The notes beneath the pieces were generated by a model, which did no database searches, had not been told where the DNA came from, and was given only the letters and a program-made list of their open reading frames with translations. Of a stretch of DNA of 64,000 nucleotides, positions 38,753 to 52,684 are shown piece after piece. Positions within the stretch are counted from its first letter, which is position 1, and every line of letters begins with the position of its first letter. The translations under genes and the position numbers were made by a program. The DNA is taken from contig OZ024742.1 in assembly GCA_964016885.1 (NCBI GenBank), positions 368,528,001-368,592,000 of the forward strand, written 5' to 3'. The DNA is from Eledone cirrhosa (taxonomy: Eukaryota).

Positions 38753-39039
38753 AAATAGTCTCAAATAATAAAAGTTGTTCTGTATTGGGGCGAAATGATA
38801 TGAAAGAGGTTAAAAGTTAAGAAGGTTTCTTTTCTTTCTAAAGCTATGAGAGATTGGAAAGAAAATATCAGATGAGAATGTCAGCCATATTGGTTATATT
38901 TTAATTAGTTTTACTTCGTTGAAATTTTCTTTTAATTCCAATATCTCTCTCTCTCTCTCTCTCTTCCATTTCCCTGTATTGTTGACGGATAATAATCGAC
39001 TGGTGTCTATTTATAGTTTTATATAAACTACCTTGCAAC

Positions 39040-41510
<2,471 letters not shown>

Positions 41511-41821
41511 ATTGATTAAATAGTTTTTACTTTAACGTGTTCATGTGTTAATCGGTCGATACATTATTTACACAGTTTTCGTAGCTTTAGGCTTCTGGCT
41601 AGGGAAGTTGTATTACAATTACTCCTATGTGTATGCTCCAAAGGAATTTGTTGAGCAAACTATAAACGATGAGATCGAAAAACACATTCTAACGTCCCCT
41701 GTATCATGAGGAGAAAACAAATATGTTCGAGGAAGTTTTAAAAATGTTATTTGAAGAAGTGTTTTAATATTATCAAAAATTGTTGAGATTTTTATGCCAT
41801 CTCAAGAGCCCAGGCTCTCGC

Positions 41822-42224
41822 AATTGGCAGTTATATATATATATATATAAATTGGCAGTTATATATATATACATATAAAATGGTAGTCATATATATATAC
41901 ATATAAATTGGCAGTTATATATATATACATATAAATTGGCAGTTATATATATATATACATATAAAATGGTAGTTATATATATATACATATAAAATGGTAG
42001 TTATATATATATACATATAAAATGGTAGTTATATATATATACATATAAAATGGTAGTTATATATATATACATATAAAATGGTAGTTATATATATATACAT
42101 ATAAAATGGTAGTTATATATATATACATATAAAATGGTAGTTATATATATATACATATAAAATGGTAGTTATATATATATACATATAAAATGGTAGTTAT
42201 ATATATATACATATAAAATGGTAG
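41822..42224. repeat. Minisatellite, ~28-30-bp unit GGTAGT(TA)nCATATAAAAT, about 14 copies
   Basis: Directly visible. Confidence 0.95.
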
Positions 42225-42312
42225 ATAAACAAGATAAACAAGATGGACACAGGGATACAATAACACAAAATCTTATTTGTTTTATTAGTTTGTTGGAATA
42301 GAAAACTGGATG

Positions 42313-42348
42313 TCTCAACGTATCGGACGTTCGTTCTTCATCAGGAAA
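42313..42348 (-). ncRNA. Degenerate minimal hammerhead
   Basis: Minus: TTTC-CTGATGA-agaacg-aa-cgtcc-GATA-CG-TT-GAGA (GAAA>GATA). Confidence 0.52.
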
Positions 42349-42831
42349 GAGCAATTTTCGGAGAGTTGAAAGTTTGAAAAAGAAACAAAAAAAGGCTTTA
42401 CCAGTCGCTTAACGCTGCGGAAACCGGGCCAAATACCGCCCTAATGAGCCTCCGGGTTTTCAATACAAACATTCATTGCAGTCAGAGATGAAACGTTGGA
42501 TCAAAAACATTATATTTCTATTGGTCTCTCCAATGCTCATACTATCTGTCGGTCATAACTCCCGGCAGAAGCATAGCTAGTGCTTTTTCCGGTACAAGGA
42601 GACAGTATTTGAACACACAACGTACAGAGCTGGAACAGATACCACAAAACATACCACCAAACTCTTCAGCAATTCTACCAACCCAACATTCCTGTAACTA
42701 TATCGACCCTATAAAATGGGAATATGACGACGGCGGAATTGGAAGCAAATACTGAGGCATTTAACCCGGTCTTCTAACTCTGCCAACTACAGATAATTCC
42801 TAGTCTAGCAGTGATATTTTATTCTCGGTAT

Positions 42832-43090
42832 TTGTATGGCGTTATAGTTAGAGGAGTTCTGCTACTGGTCACAACATATTGAGTTCGATTCCTGATGATA
42901 CTTTGAGTTTTTCAGCAAGCCACTTTATTTCAATTTGCTGGCAGAAATGAGTTGTATCTGTAACTGAAAGTACCAGCCTTGTTACACATGATGACACACT
43001 GAATCTCCCCGAGAACAACGTTTCCGTGGAATACTCAACTATTGGCTAGATAATTTAACGAGCAGATAGTCCCTTGTTTGAACAGGTGAA
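42832..43090 (+). mobile_element. Degenerate CORE-type SINE
   Basis: TGGCGTTATAGTTAG, B box GTTCGATTCC, AGCAAGCCACTTTATTTC. Confidence 0.65.
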
Positions 43091-43229
43091 ATATTTGTTG
43101 AGATCTACATGCACAGACACACATGGCCACACACATAGTGACAGACACGCACACTCACACGCACGCTCACAGATATATTGTATGAATGAGGACAGCCACT
43201 GAAAGAAAGGGACGATAATGGAGAAAGGA

Positions 43230-44643
43230 AGAGGGGGAGAGTGAGACGAGATAAGTGGAGGGAGGGAGAGTGAGACGAGATAAGTGGAGGGAGGGAGAGT
43301 GAGACGAGATAAGATGGGGAGATTAGGGAGAGTAAGACGAGATAAGAGGGGTAAGTTAGGGAGAGTGAGACGAGATAAGTGGGGGAGGTTAGGGAGAGTG
43401 AGACGAGATAAGATGGGGAGATTAGGGAGAGTGAGACGAGATAAGAGGGGGAGATTAGGGAGAGTAAGACGAGATAAGAGGGGTAAGTTAGGGAGAGTGA
43501 GACGAGATAAGTGGGGGAGGTTAGGGAGAGTGAGACGAGATAAGAGGGGGAGATTAGGGAGAGTGAGACTAGATAAGAGGGGGAGGTTAGGGAGAGTAAG
43601 ACTAGATAAGAGGGGCAGGTTAGGGAGAGTAAGACGAGATAAGTGGGGGAGCTTAGGGAGAGTAAGACGAGATAAGTGGGGAGGTTAGGGAGAGTGAGAC
43701 GAGATAAATGGGGGGAGGGGAGGGAGAGTAAGACGAGATAAGTGGGGGAGCTTAGGGAGAGTAAGACGAGATAAGTGGGGAGGTTAGGGAGAGTGAGACG
43801 AGATAAATGGGGGGAGGGGAGGGAGAGTAAGACGAGATAAGAGGGGGAGGTTAGGGAGAGTGAGACGAGATAAATGGGGGAGTTAGGGAGAGTAAGACGA
43901 GATAAGTGGGGGAGGTTAGGGTGAGTGAGACGAGATAAGTGGGGGGAGGGTAGGGAGAGTAAGACGAGATAAGTGGGGGAGGTTAGGGAAAGTGAGACGA
44001 GATAAGAGGGGGAGGTTAGGGAGAGTGAGACTAGATAAGAGGGGGAGGTTAGGGAGGGTAAGACGAGATAAGTGGGGGAGGTTAGGGAGAGTAAGATGAG
44101 ATAAGTGGGGGAGGTTAGGGAGAGTGAGACGAGATAAGTGGGGGAGGTTAGGGAGAGTGAGACGAGGTAAGAGGGGGAGGTTAGGGAGAGTGAGACGAGA
44201 TAAATGGGGGAGTTAGGGAGAGTAAGACGAGATAAGTGGGGGAGGTTAGGGTGAGTGAGCCGAGATAAGTGGGGGGAGGGTAGGGAGAGTAAGACGAGAT
44301 AAGTGGGGGAGGTTAGGGTGAGTGAGACGAGATAAGTGGGGGAGGTTAGGGAGAGTGAGACGAGATAAGTGGGGGAGGTTATGGAGAGTGAGACGAGATA
44401 AGTGGGGGAGGTTAGGGAGAGTGAGACGAGATAAGTGGGGGAGGTTATGGAGAGTGAGAAGTGATAAGTGGGGGAGGTTAGGGAGAGTGAGACGAGATAA
44501 GTGGGGGAGTTTAGGGAGAGTGAGACTAGATAAGAGGGGGAGGTTAGGGAGAGTAAGACGAGGTAAGAGGGGGAGGTTAAGGAGAGTGAAACGAGATAAG
44601 TGGGGGAGGTTAGGGAAAGTTCGAAGAGATAAGAGGGGGAGGT
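43230..44643. repeat. G-rich minisatellite, ~33-bp unit containing TTAGGG
   Basis: Unit GAGACGAGATAAG(T/A)GGGGGAGGTTAGGGAGAGT, about 42 copies. Confidence 0.95.
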
Positions 44644-44960
44644 GTCTACGCCATTTTTATTCAGACTGAATAAAAATGGCGTAGACATACAATACAACAG
44701 GAGGAAAATATAGCACCACTGCGATGTTGCAGATGTGCAACGAAAGATTTATGATAAACTATATATATCTGTTTGTGTCTATATTGTATCTGTATTATTT
44801 TTGACCGCCGGACAGTCAATGGCAACATTGAGGACCGAGTATATTAGATTACCGATATAAAAGACACAGAAGCGAGAAGCGAAAACCAACCAAACAGTGA
44901 GTGTTTTCTGTTATTAATTCTGGCAATATTACACAAATATGACCCTCCCCAAGTATAACA

Positions 44961-44961
<1 letters not shown>
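44643..44961 (+). mobile_element. Unclassified short element with 5' hairpin, ending in (TA)n; inverted homologue at 46046-46300
   Basis: Perfect hairpin TGTCTACGCCATTTTTATTCAG-a-CTGAATAAAAATGGCGTAGACA; 3' end ATGACCCTCCCCAAGTATAACAA-(TA)n. Confidence 0.72.
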
Positions 44962-44992
<31 letters not shown>

Positions 44993-45118
44993 AGATAAAA
45001 GAAACTCTCTCTCGTGTGTTATCTTCTCTATATTATATTTCAAAAGCCCAGGATTCTTTTTCCTTTGAGCTCATAAATTACAGGGATTAACGTGAGTTTC
45101 TGACTCTGTTATTCATTT

Positions 45119-45209
<91 letters not shown>

Positions 45210-45472
45210 TATAAGTTTGAAGAACAATCATACAAAATATATCCAATCTTTCTTCACCCTAGTCCGTAGAAATTAACTAGATAAATGATCATTTAAACGG
45301 AGCTAAGTTTAAAATGTAACTTTGAAGACATAACAGATAAATGTCACAGACTTTCCTCTGTGAGGAACAGTCACATAAAATTTAGCTAGTCTTTACTCTT
45401 AGTCCGTAGAAATTAACTAGACAGATAATCAATTAAACGGAGCTAAGTCTAATATATATATAGATATATATA

Positions 45473-45969
45473 AGAAAATAGAAGCTTTGACCGTATTTTT
45501 TCGACTAAAGAAATTTTAGCCTGATAGTGGGGTTTAGAACCTTCAGAGAAATGGTAAAAGACGAGTATTGACGTACATGGGAGTCGAACCCACATCTTTG
45601 GTTATCCAGACCACTGTGCTACCATTACACCAACACATCACCCATCTCCTTCCATTCAAATTAGAAGCTACATTCTTAGCAAGCATGATGACAAGTAAGT
45701 ATGTTTGGAAACAGTGAGCAAGTTTGAAAGAATGTAGCTTCTAATTTGAATGGAAGGTGATGGGTGATGTGTTGGTGTAAGGGTAGCACACTGGTCTTGT
45801 CAACCAAAGATGTGGGTTCGACTCCCATGTACGTCAATATTCATCTTTTTACATTTCTCTGAGGGTTCTAAACCCCACTATCAGGCTAAATTTTCTTTAG
45901 TCAAAAAATACGCTGAAAGCTTCTATTTTCTAATTTCAAACTTTCTCACTGTTTCAAAACAAACTTACT
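45473..45969. mobile_element. tRNA-like cassette element locus 2 (inverted pair)
   Basis: Same unit as 35725-36372. Cloverleaves at 45569-45639 (-, anticodon position GGA) and 45766-45836 (+, TGT). Confidence 0.85.
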
Positions 45970-46299
45970 ATATAGTAAGTATGTTTATATATATATATAT
46001 ATGTTTTGCGAGGTTTTTAATATGAAATCGCGTGTCGAAACAAATATTGTTATACTTGGTGAGGGTCATATTGTAATAATATTGCCAGAATTAATAACAG
46101 AACACTCTCACTGTTTGGTTGGTTTTCGCTTCTGTATCTTTGATATCAGTTAATTCATTCGGTCCTCAATGTTTACCATTGACTGACCAACGGTAAAAAA
46201 TACAGATATAATATAGATATAAACACATATATTTAGTCTAACAGAGTTCTTTCGTTGCACATCTGCAACATCGTCAGATATCTACGCCATCTTTATTTT

Positions 46300-46750
46300 A
46301 TCTGGCAACTCAAGTTGGCTGTGGACAAGTGTACCACCTTGCATTTGGGAGGAAAAACCCAGCGTCCACATACTCCCTCCACAACATTAATATCAAGAAG
46401 TCTTCTGAATGTGACCTGGGCATTACGGTCAGCAGCGATTTGTGTTGGACAAAGTACATCTCTAAAATTGTCAAGAAGGCCGAGGGTGCCTTGGCATCAC
46501 TCAGCAAGACCTTTGTCATCTGCTCTCCAGCTATCTATTTAAGCTATATATAGCTATGGTGCAGCCACACTTAGAATTTGCATCACCAGTCTGGAACCCC
46601 TATCTTGCTCAGAACATTGACCTTCTGGAAATTCTTCAGGGACGTGCAACCAAATGAATACCCTCCATCAGGCATCTACCATACTCTGAACACCTTGCTT
46701 CCCTGGGCCTGGATACATTGAAGCTCCAACGTCTGGAAACTGACTTGGTA
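46300..46750 (+). mobile_element. CR1-clade LINE ORF2 C-terminal fragment
   Basis: WQLKLAVDKC..DLGITVSSDL..PHLEFASPVWNPYL..QGRATK..LGLDTLKLQRLETDLV, with frameshifts. Confidence 0.85.
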
Positions 46751-46762
46751 GATAGATAGATA

Positions 46763-49700
46763 TGTTTCTTTTATTTGCCACCAGGGCATCAAAAGTGGGA
46801 CAAGTACAAAGGGGGGAGTTTACAAAACAAGGCGTCCTCAATAAGGCGGAGGAATTAACAAAATATAAAAATAAAAGAAAATATAACAGAATAGAATTTA
46901 TAACAAAATCCTCAATAGAAAGGAGGCGCCTTGGGGGGTCGCCCCCCCCCCCCCCCGAAAAAAAGTGTGCAACCCTTTTCCTCAGGAGCACAGAGAAGGG
47001 GTGCTCCCTTGGTCTTTCATCTTCCTCACATATAGTCTGATGTAGAGTGAAGGCCCATTCACACGGGCCATTCTCGCCACTTTCACCCATTTTTCATAAA
47101 AACGGCTGGGGTGGAGCACCTCTCTCTCCATCCTGATCCTTCTTCCGAAATGATATCGGAAGAAACGGACCAGTTGTTGGCCAAAGAGAAAGGTGTCTGA
47201 CCTCAGTCCTTTCAGACGCGTCCACCATACAACCTCGTTCGCCATGGCTATTACGCACAGAAACACCGCCTCTCCTTCGTTTTTGAAGAGGGGAGGAGGC
47301 TTGATCGTTACAATAGACTCGGTGGTCAACCGGATCGGTTCCACCCTTGACAGAAGTTGTTCGACATAGCCCCACAGATCAGCAATGCCCGAGCAGTGTA
47401 CCAATGCGTATGCAACGGTTTCCTCGTCGCACACGCATCTGGGACAGATCTATTTCGAGGGGTCCCTACCCGAGCGCCCGTGTCTGTAGAGCCTTTCTCA
47501 AACGGGCAGTGCCCTTCTGTAGCACTGCCAGGCCAGGGACCTCTGGAACTTGTCCATGAGTCCCGGGCTGAATGTTCTACCGAACAGGTTGGCCAGTTCG
47601 TCTTCCTCCATGCCTAGGGCTTCTCCGAGGGCGTCGTCGCACCTGCTAACCACCAGCCCTCTATAGAATGACGAGGTGGATTCTCCACTGACAGCCGGGT
47701 CCGCCTGCCAGAGAGCCGTGAGCGCCTGGGCACACTCGGTGTGCCAGGCGCCCAGTTTTCTCGGTCTTTGCTTGACCCAGGATTGCAGCTCGGTGAGTGA
47801 GACGAGTCTGGGAAAGGCTCGCCTCACAAACGGGGCCCACACCGGTTGACCGGAGAGGAATACCTGGAGGTGCCGTAGCCTTAATGCGTGTTTACGTATC
47901 ATTAGCCACGGCATCCCCAGCCCTCCTTTCGAAGGGTGTTGACAGCAGATGGATCTCCTCACCATAGGAGATTGCTTCTTCCAAAGGAATTGGAAGAGTG
48001 CGCGCTCCATTTTGGCGAGCGTTTCCCTTGGGCAAGGTACAATTGTCAGGCGGTAGTAGATGACGGACGCTATATAAGTGTTCGCCACCTCCGCCCGACC
48101 TTTCAGGGACAGTTTGCACTCGGCCCACTTCCGGGTCAGTGCAAACACCCTGTTCGTTACCTCACCCCAGTTCTTCTCCACCTGGAGGTCTGGTCCGAAC
48201 CAGACCCCGAGCAACTTCACCGGACCCTCCGTCCAGCGCCCGACGACGCCATCGGAGGGCATCGATCTGCCCCTCCACGTGCCGAGTTGCAGACCGATCG
48301 ACTTGTCCCGGTTCAGCTTAGCCCCTGTAAACCTTTCGTACTCCTCCAGTAAGGTGCCGATCGCCTCGATTTCCGAGGCCGTAGTCACCATTACTGTCAC
48401 GTCGTCGGCGTAGGCCGACACCGCTTTCCGCAATCCCGATTCCAACGGGATGCCCTGCAACAACTCCAACTTCCGCAGCAGTGGCTCTAGAGTCACTACA
48501 TAAGGAGGGAGGAGAGAGGGCACCCCTATCGGATGGACCGCGCGATTTCGAACGGCTCCGAGAGGTAGCCGTTCACCTTGACCCTAGAGCAGATGCGGCT
48601 GCTGTGCATGGCATTGATCCAGCCCCTGAAAACGGGTCCGAAGCCTGCCGTCGCTAGCACCGCATCTAGGTAACCATGGTCGACCCTATCGAATGCCTTA
48701 GATTGATCCAAATTGATCAGGGCCCCACCAAAGCCGGGTTCGTTCCCAACCCTCTCTATGATGTATCGCATGAGGTGGAGGTTGTCGTGAATGGACCTGC
48801 ACGGGATAGCACATGTCTGCGCATCTCCCACCAGGTTGCCCACGACAAGCGCCAACCTCTTTGCTAGCACCTTGGCCAAAATCTGTAACTCTGTATTTAG
48901 CAGAGTTATGGGCCTGAAATTATTTATATCGTCCCCCTTGTTCTCGTCCTTCCTCACTAGCGTGACTACGCTCTTGGTCACAGCACAGGGAATTCTCCCG
49001 TTCTGGTGCCAGTTTCAGTAGACCGCCTCGAGGAGATCGGGGAACAAGTCCGGCATAGCTAGATATAGTTCGTTTGGAAGACCATCGAGACCCGGGGATT
49101 TGCGTTTGCCATATTTGGCTCAGCACGTCCTCTATCTCAGCGGCTGAAATCGGCTCCTCGCAGGACTTCGCCTCCCTGTCAGAGAGACGCGGCAGGCCGT
49201 CGAGGCATGGACCGAAGTCCACATCCCCAACCGGCTCCCCACCCCTTCCGAACAATCCGGCAAAGTGCTTTTGAAAAGCCTCGCACATCTGCTTAGATTC
49301 AAGGATGACCCGTCCATCCTGGTCTCGCAAAGACCGGATAGTGGATCTGCTCCCTCTTTTGGCTTCTGTCACGCGGGCCCAGCTAACAGCTTTGGTCCCC
49401 TCGTTTCCCAGAGCACGTATTTTGCTTCGGACGATGCAGCCTTCGTGTTTCGAGTCGAAGAACTGGCCCATGTCGCCGCTTCTAATTGCCTCTTCTACAC
49501 TATCTACCAACTCCCTTTCCTTCCTGTTTCTATTAGAGGCTAACTCCTTACTAAATTCTATAGAGACTACTCTAATCTCTCTTTTGAGATATCCCCACCA
49601 CCTGCTGTTGACGATGGCGCCCGTCAACCGCTCCTTAACTAAAATGCTCATCCGGTCCCTGTAAGCCTTACTTGCCGGTAAGGACAAGTTGAGCTTCCAG

Positions 49701-52394
49701 TAACCGGGTCCCTGTCTATGAGTTCTGTCAATGATGACCATGCAGGTCACTAACTTGTTGTCTGAATAGCCAACCATGCGCATTTTTGGACAACTTAAAA
49801 AGTCCTTATCCTTAATTCTAACTAAGAACCTATCTAGGTACGACCTAGATGATCCGCTACGATTTGCCCAAATCCAGGTTGGCGCAGTCAGAAAATCTAG
49901 TCGATATCTATCGGCCAGGTCAAATCGACCGATTAACCTTTTGAGGCTATTTCACCCCTCTCTATCGGGACAGGCCCCTACGTAGTCCCAGCGTGCATCT
50001 AGGATACCATTCCAGTCACCCACTAATAGAAAGGACCGGGACGTCCCTAGAAAAGTCGCACCAGATGTCGCACGTTGCTGATCCGGGCCTCGCAAATAAC
50101 CATCACATCTATACGTTGTGACCTGAGGTCATTTAGAAGCATTGCTTGCTTCCAAGTTGAGCCCAGGCCACGCGCATTTAAACAGCCTATTCTTAGCATA
50201 GTCATGTTGGCGGTGAAGAGAAAAGGCACTTACCTCTCTGCGTCCCGGGTATCGGGCTGCACAATTTCCATGAGGGTGGGGGTGGGTTGTTGGGTGAGGT
50301 GGTGGTTTCTGGCGGGGTGGGGACGGAGGTGTTTGGTGGGGAAGGGGTGTCTGGTGGGGTGGGGATGACTTGGGTGGGGGTGCCTGTGGTGGGGAGGCCT
50401 TTGTAGAGGACGCGGTTGATTGGTTTCACGCAGGAATTCCCCACGTCCTCTACAAATGTTTCTTTTAGGGATCTATAAGTTCCTATAGGGACCCTGATCA
50501 GTTTTAGGTTCATTTTTTTGTTTTTGTTGGAGCTATCCAAAGTTTTCCCTTCGGTTTTGACCAAAGGGTTGTTTCTGATGGTCTCCATCAGTGTTCTATT
50601 TTCTTCGTTTATGTAAGTGTATGTGTACTTTTCCTGTGTTGTGTTTGTTTTTGTCTGTGGTTCCTGCATGTGTTTTCTCTTTGTTGTGGGTGTTTTGTTT
50701 TCGGGAGGGGGAACTTTTGTTTGTGATTTTTGTGCTGTTTGTGCTGGTGTTCGTGTGTTTGTTTCGTTTTTGTTCATGCGGTTCTTTCTTTTTATTCTTT
50801 TCACGGGTTGGAAGGGTCCCTCCTCATCGCCACTGGGTGCCGTCGATAGGGGTTCCTCATCCGTGTTGATGGGTAGGGGTATGTTTTGGGGTTCTGTAGT
50901 GTCTGTGTGTGTTTTTGTATTTGTTTTGGGTGGGGAGGAGTTGGGTAGAATATTGTTCTCTGTTGTTTTTTCTTGTTGTCGTGGTGGTGGTGGTGGTGGT
51001 GGTTGTGTTGTTATTTGTGGTGTTGGTAAAAGTGGGAGCTTTTTTTGTCAATTGAGGACAGGCAGCCCTTAGGTGACCTCAGCTTGCGCAGTGGTAACAT
51101 GCGGACTGCCTACCCTCAACCGAAATGTTTATGTAGGTCTGTCCATCCAGAGGTACTCTCTGTGGGATTTTCATTATACGTTCTGGGCTCATCTGCACCA
51201 GAATTTCGACGCTAGTCCCACTAAATATATCTCTGGAGGATTTTCCTACTGAGATCAAAGTGTCTTGTTCAAGGTCAATTAGGCCATAAAGTATCCACCA
51301 AATATCTACTTTGGGTCTTATACATGTAATTTTTATTTTTTACGTTCTTTTTCCCATGTATGTAGAGAAAAATGTAAAATGGGTGGACACAATGGGCGCG
51401 ATGGAATATTTTTGTGCTGTTATGTTGTTTTTCATTAGCACCGAGATGCTGCCGAAAAGTTTGGCTTTCTGAATAAATAAAATGTTATCCATGTGGTTCC
51501 TTAATACTAGCTCAATCTCACTCTGAGATAGTTGAGCTGGTTTTTTTGCTGCATTTGAGATTGTCCTGAAAACCACCGTGTTCTGGGCATTTTCTCTCCT
51601 TAGTTCTTGTGGTGAATTTATGCTAAATGACCCATTGGGTCCAAAAGTCACATATTGTTTAGCATCTTCCAACTTTTGTTTCGCGTTGGTTAAATCCAAA
51701 AGTTGAAATATTTCCTTTTTTTTACGGTATCAGTAAAAGAAATTTTGCTGTTGTTGTCACTGTTGTTTGTATTTTCTTTGGTGTTTGTGTTGACATTTTT
51801 TTCCTTTTGATTGGTATTGTTGGATGTGTTTTCAATTTTTTCATTTTCTGTATTTTTTGGTGTCTGTTGTGGGCTGCTATTTTCATTTTTGTTGTGTGAT
51901 TCCTTTTCATTACGAAAGGAAGTGTTTACTACATATGTGACGTTTGTGTTGTTGTTGTTTTTGTTGTCTTTATTGTTGCTGTTGTTGTCGTTGTTGTTGT
52001 TTTCAGTTTCTTGTATAGTTGTGGCTACATCAAGTTGTCGGTCAGCGGGTGGAGAAAATTCTTCCTCTGGCTGACCTTTGCCTTTGGCATCTGCTGCTGT
52101 GACAGTGGCAGGGGGAAGCTGTGAATATGACTTCCTTTTTCTTCCTTTGAATGTTGGTGAAGATGCTTCAGCCATTTTTATCAAAATAGGATTTTTCGAA
52201 ATTTTTCGAAAGTTAAGTTTTTACAACACTATTTCGCTTAAAGGCGTAGAATATTTTGAGAGACTAACCAGATCAAAATTTGACCTTGCAGTCCCTCTAC
52301 AAAATGGTACGAAAATGAACGTTTACAGTTCACAATTTCCAGATAAATTTAAACGAAACTTACCGAGCGAGCTCAGCACATGTGTCCATCAGGC
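46763..52394 (-). mobile_element. Tx1-clade LINE copy B, full-length, degenerate, with 17-bp TSD
   Basis: ORF1 from ATG 52175 with a CCHC knuckle near 51060-51100. ORF2 from ATG 50205 has internal deletions and stops. GACTTGGTAGATAGATA at 46742-46758 and 52404-52420. Confidence 0.93.
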
Positions 52395-52684
52395 AGATAG
52401 ATAGACTTGGTAGATAGATATGTTTCTTTTATTTGCCACTAGGGCATCAAAAGTGGGACAAGTACAAAGGGGGGAGTTTACACAAAAAGGCGTCCTCAAT
52501 AAGGAGGAGGCAATAACAAAATATAAAAATAAAATAAGATATAACAAAAAATAAAATTTATAACAAAATCCTCAATAGAGAGGAGGCGCCTTGGGGGGTC
52601 GCACACACCCCCGAAAAAAGTGTGCAACCCTTTTCCTCAGGAGCACAGAGAGGGGGTGCTCCCTCGTTCCTTCCTCTTTTCCAC

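Noticed and set aside
41822-44643. Regular ~30-bp repeats as CRISPR arrays
   Set aside because: No unique spacers, no cas genes, eukaryotic context.
43105-44697. 530-aa (SPTYLVSLSLT)n ORF, superficially like the Pol II CTD
   Set aside because: Arises from the 33-bp minisatellite; variant units shift frame, and it is not YSPTSPS.
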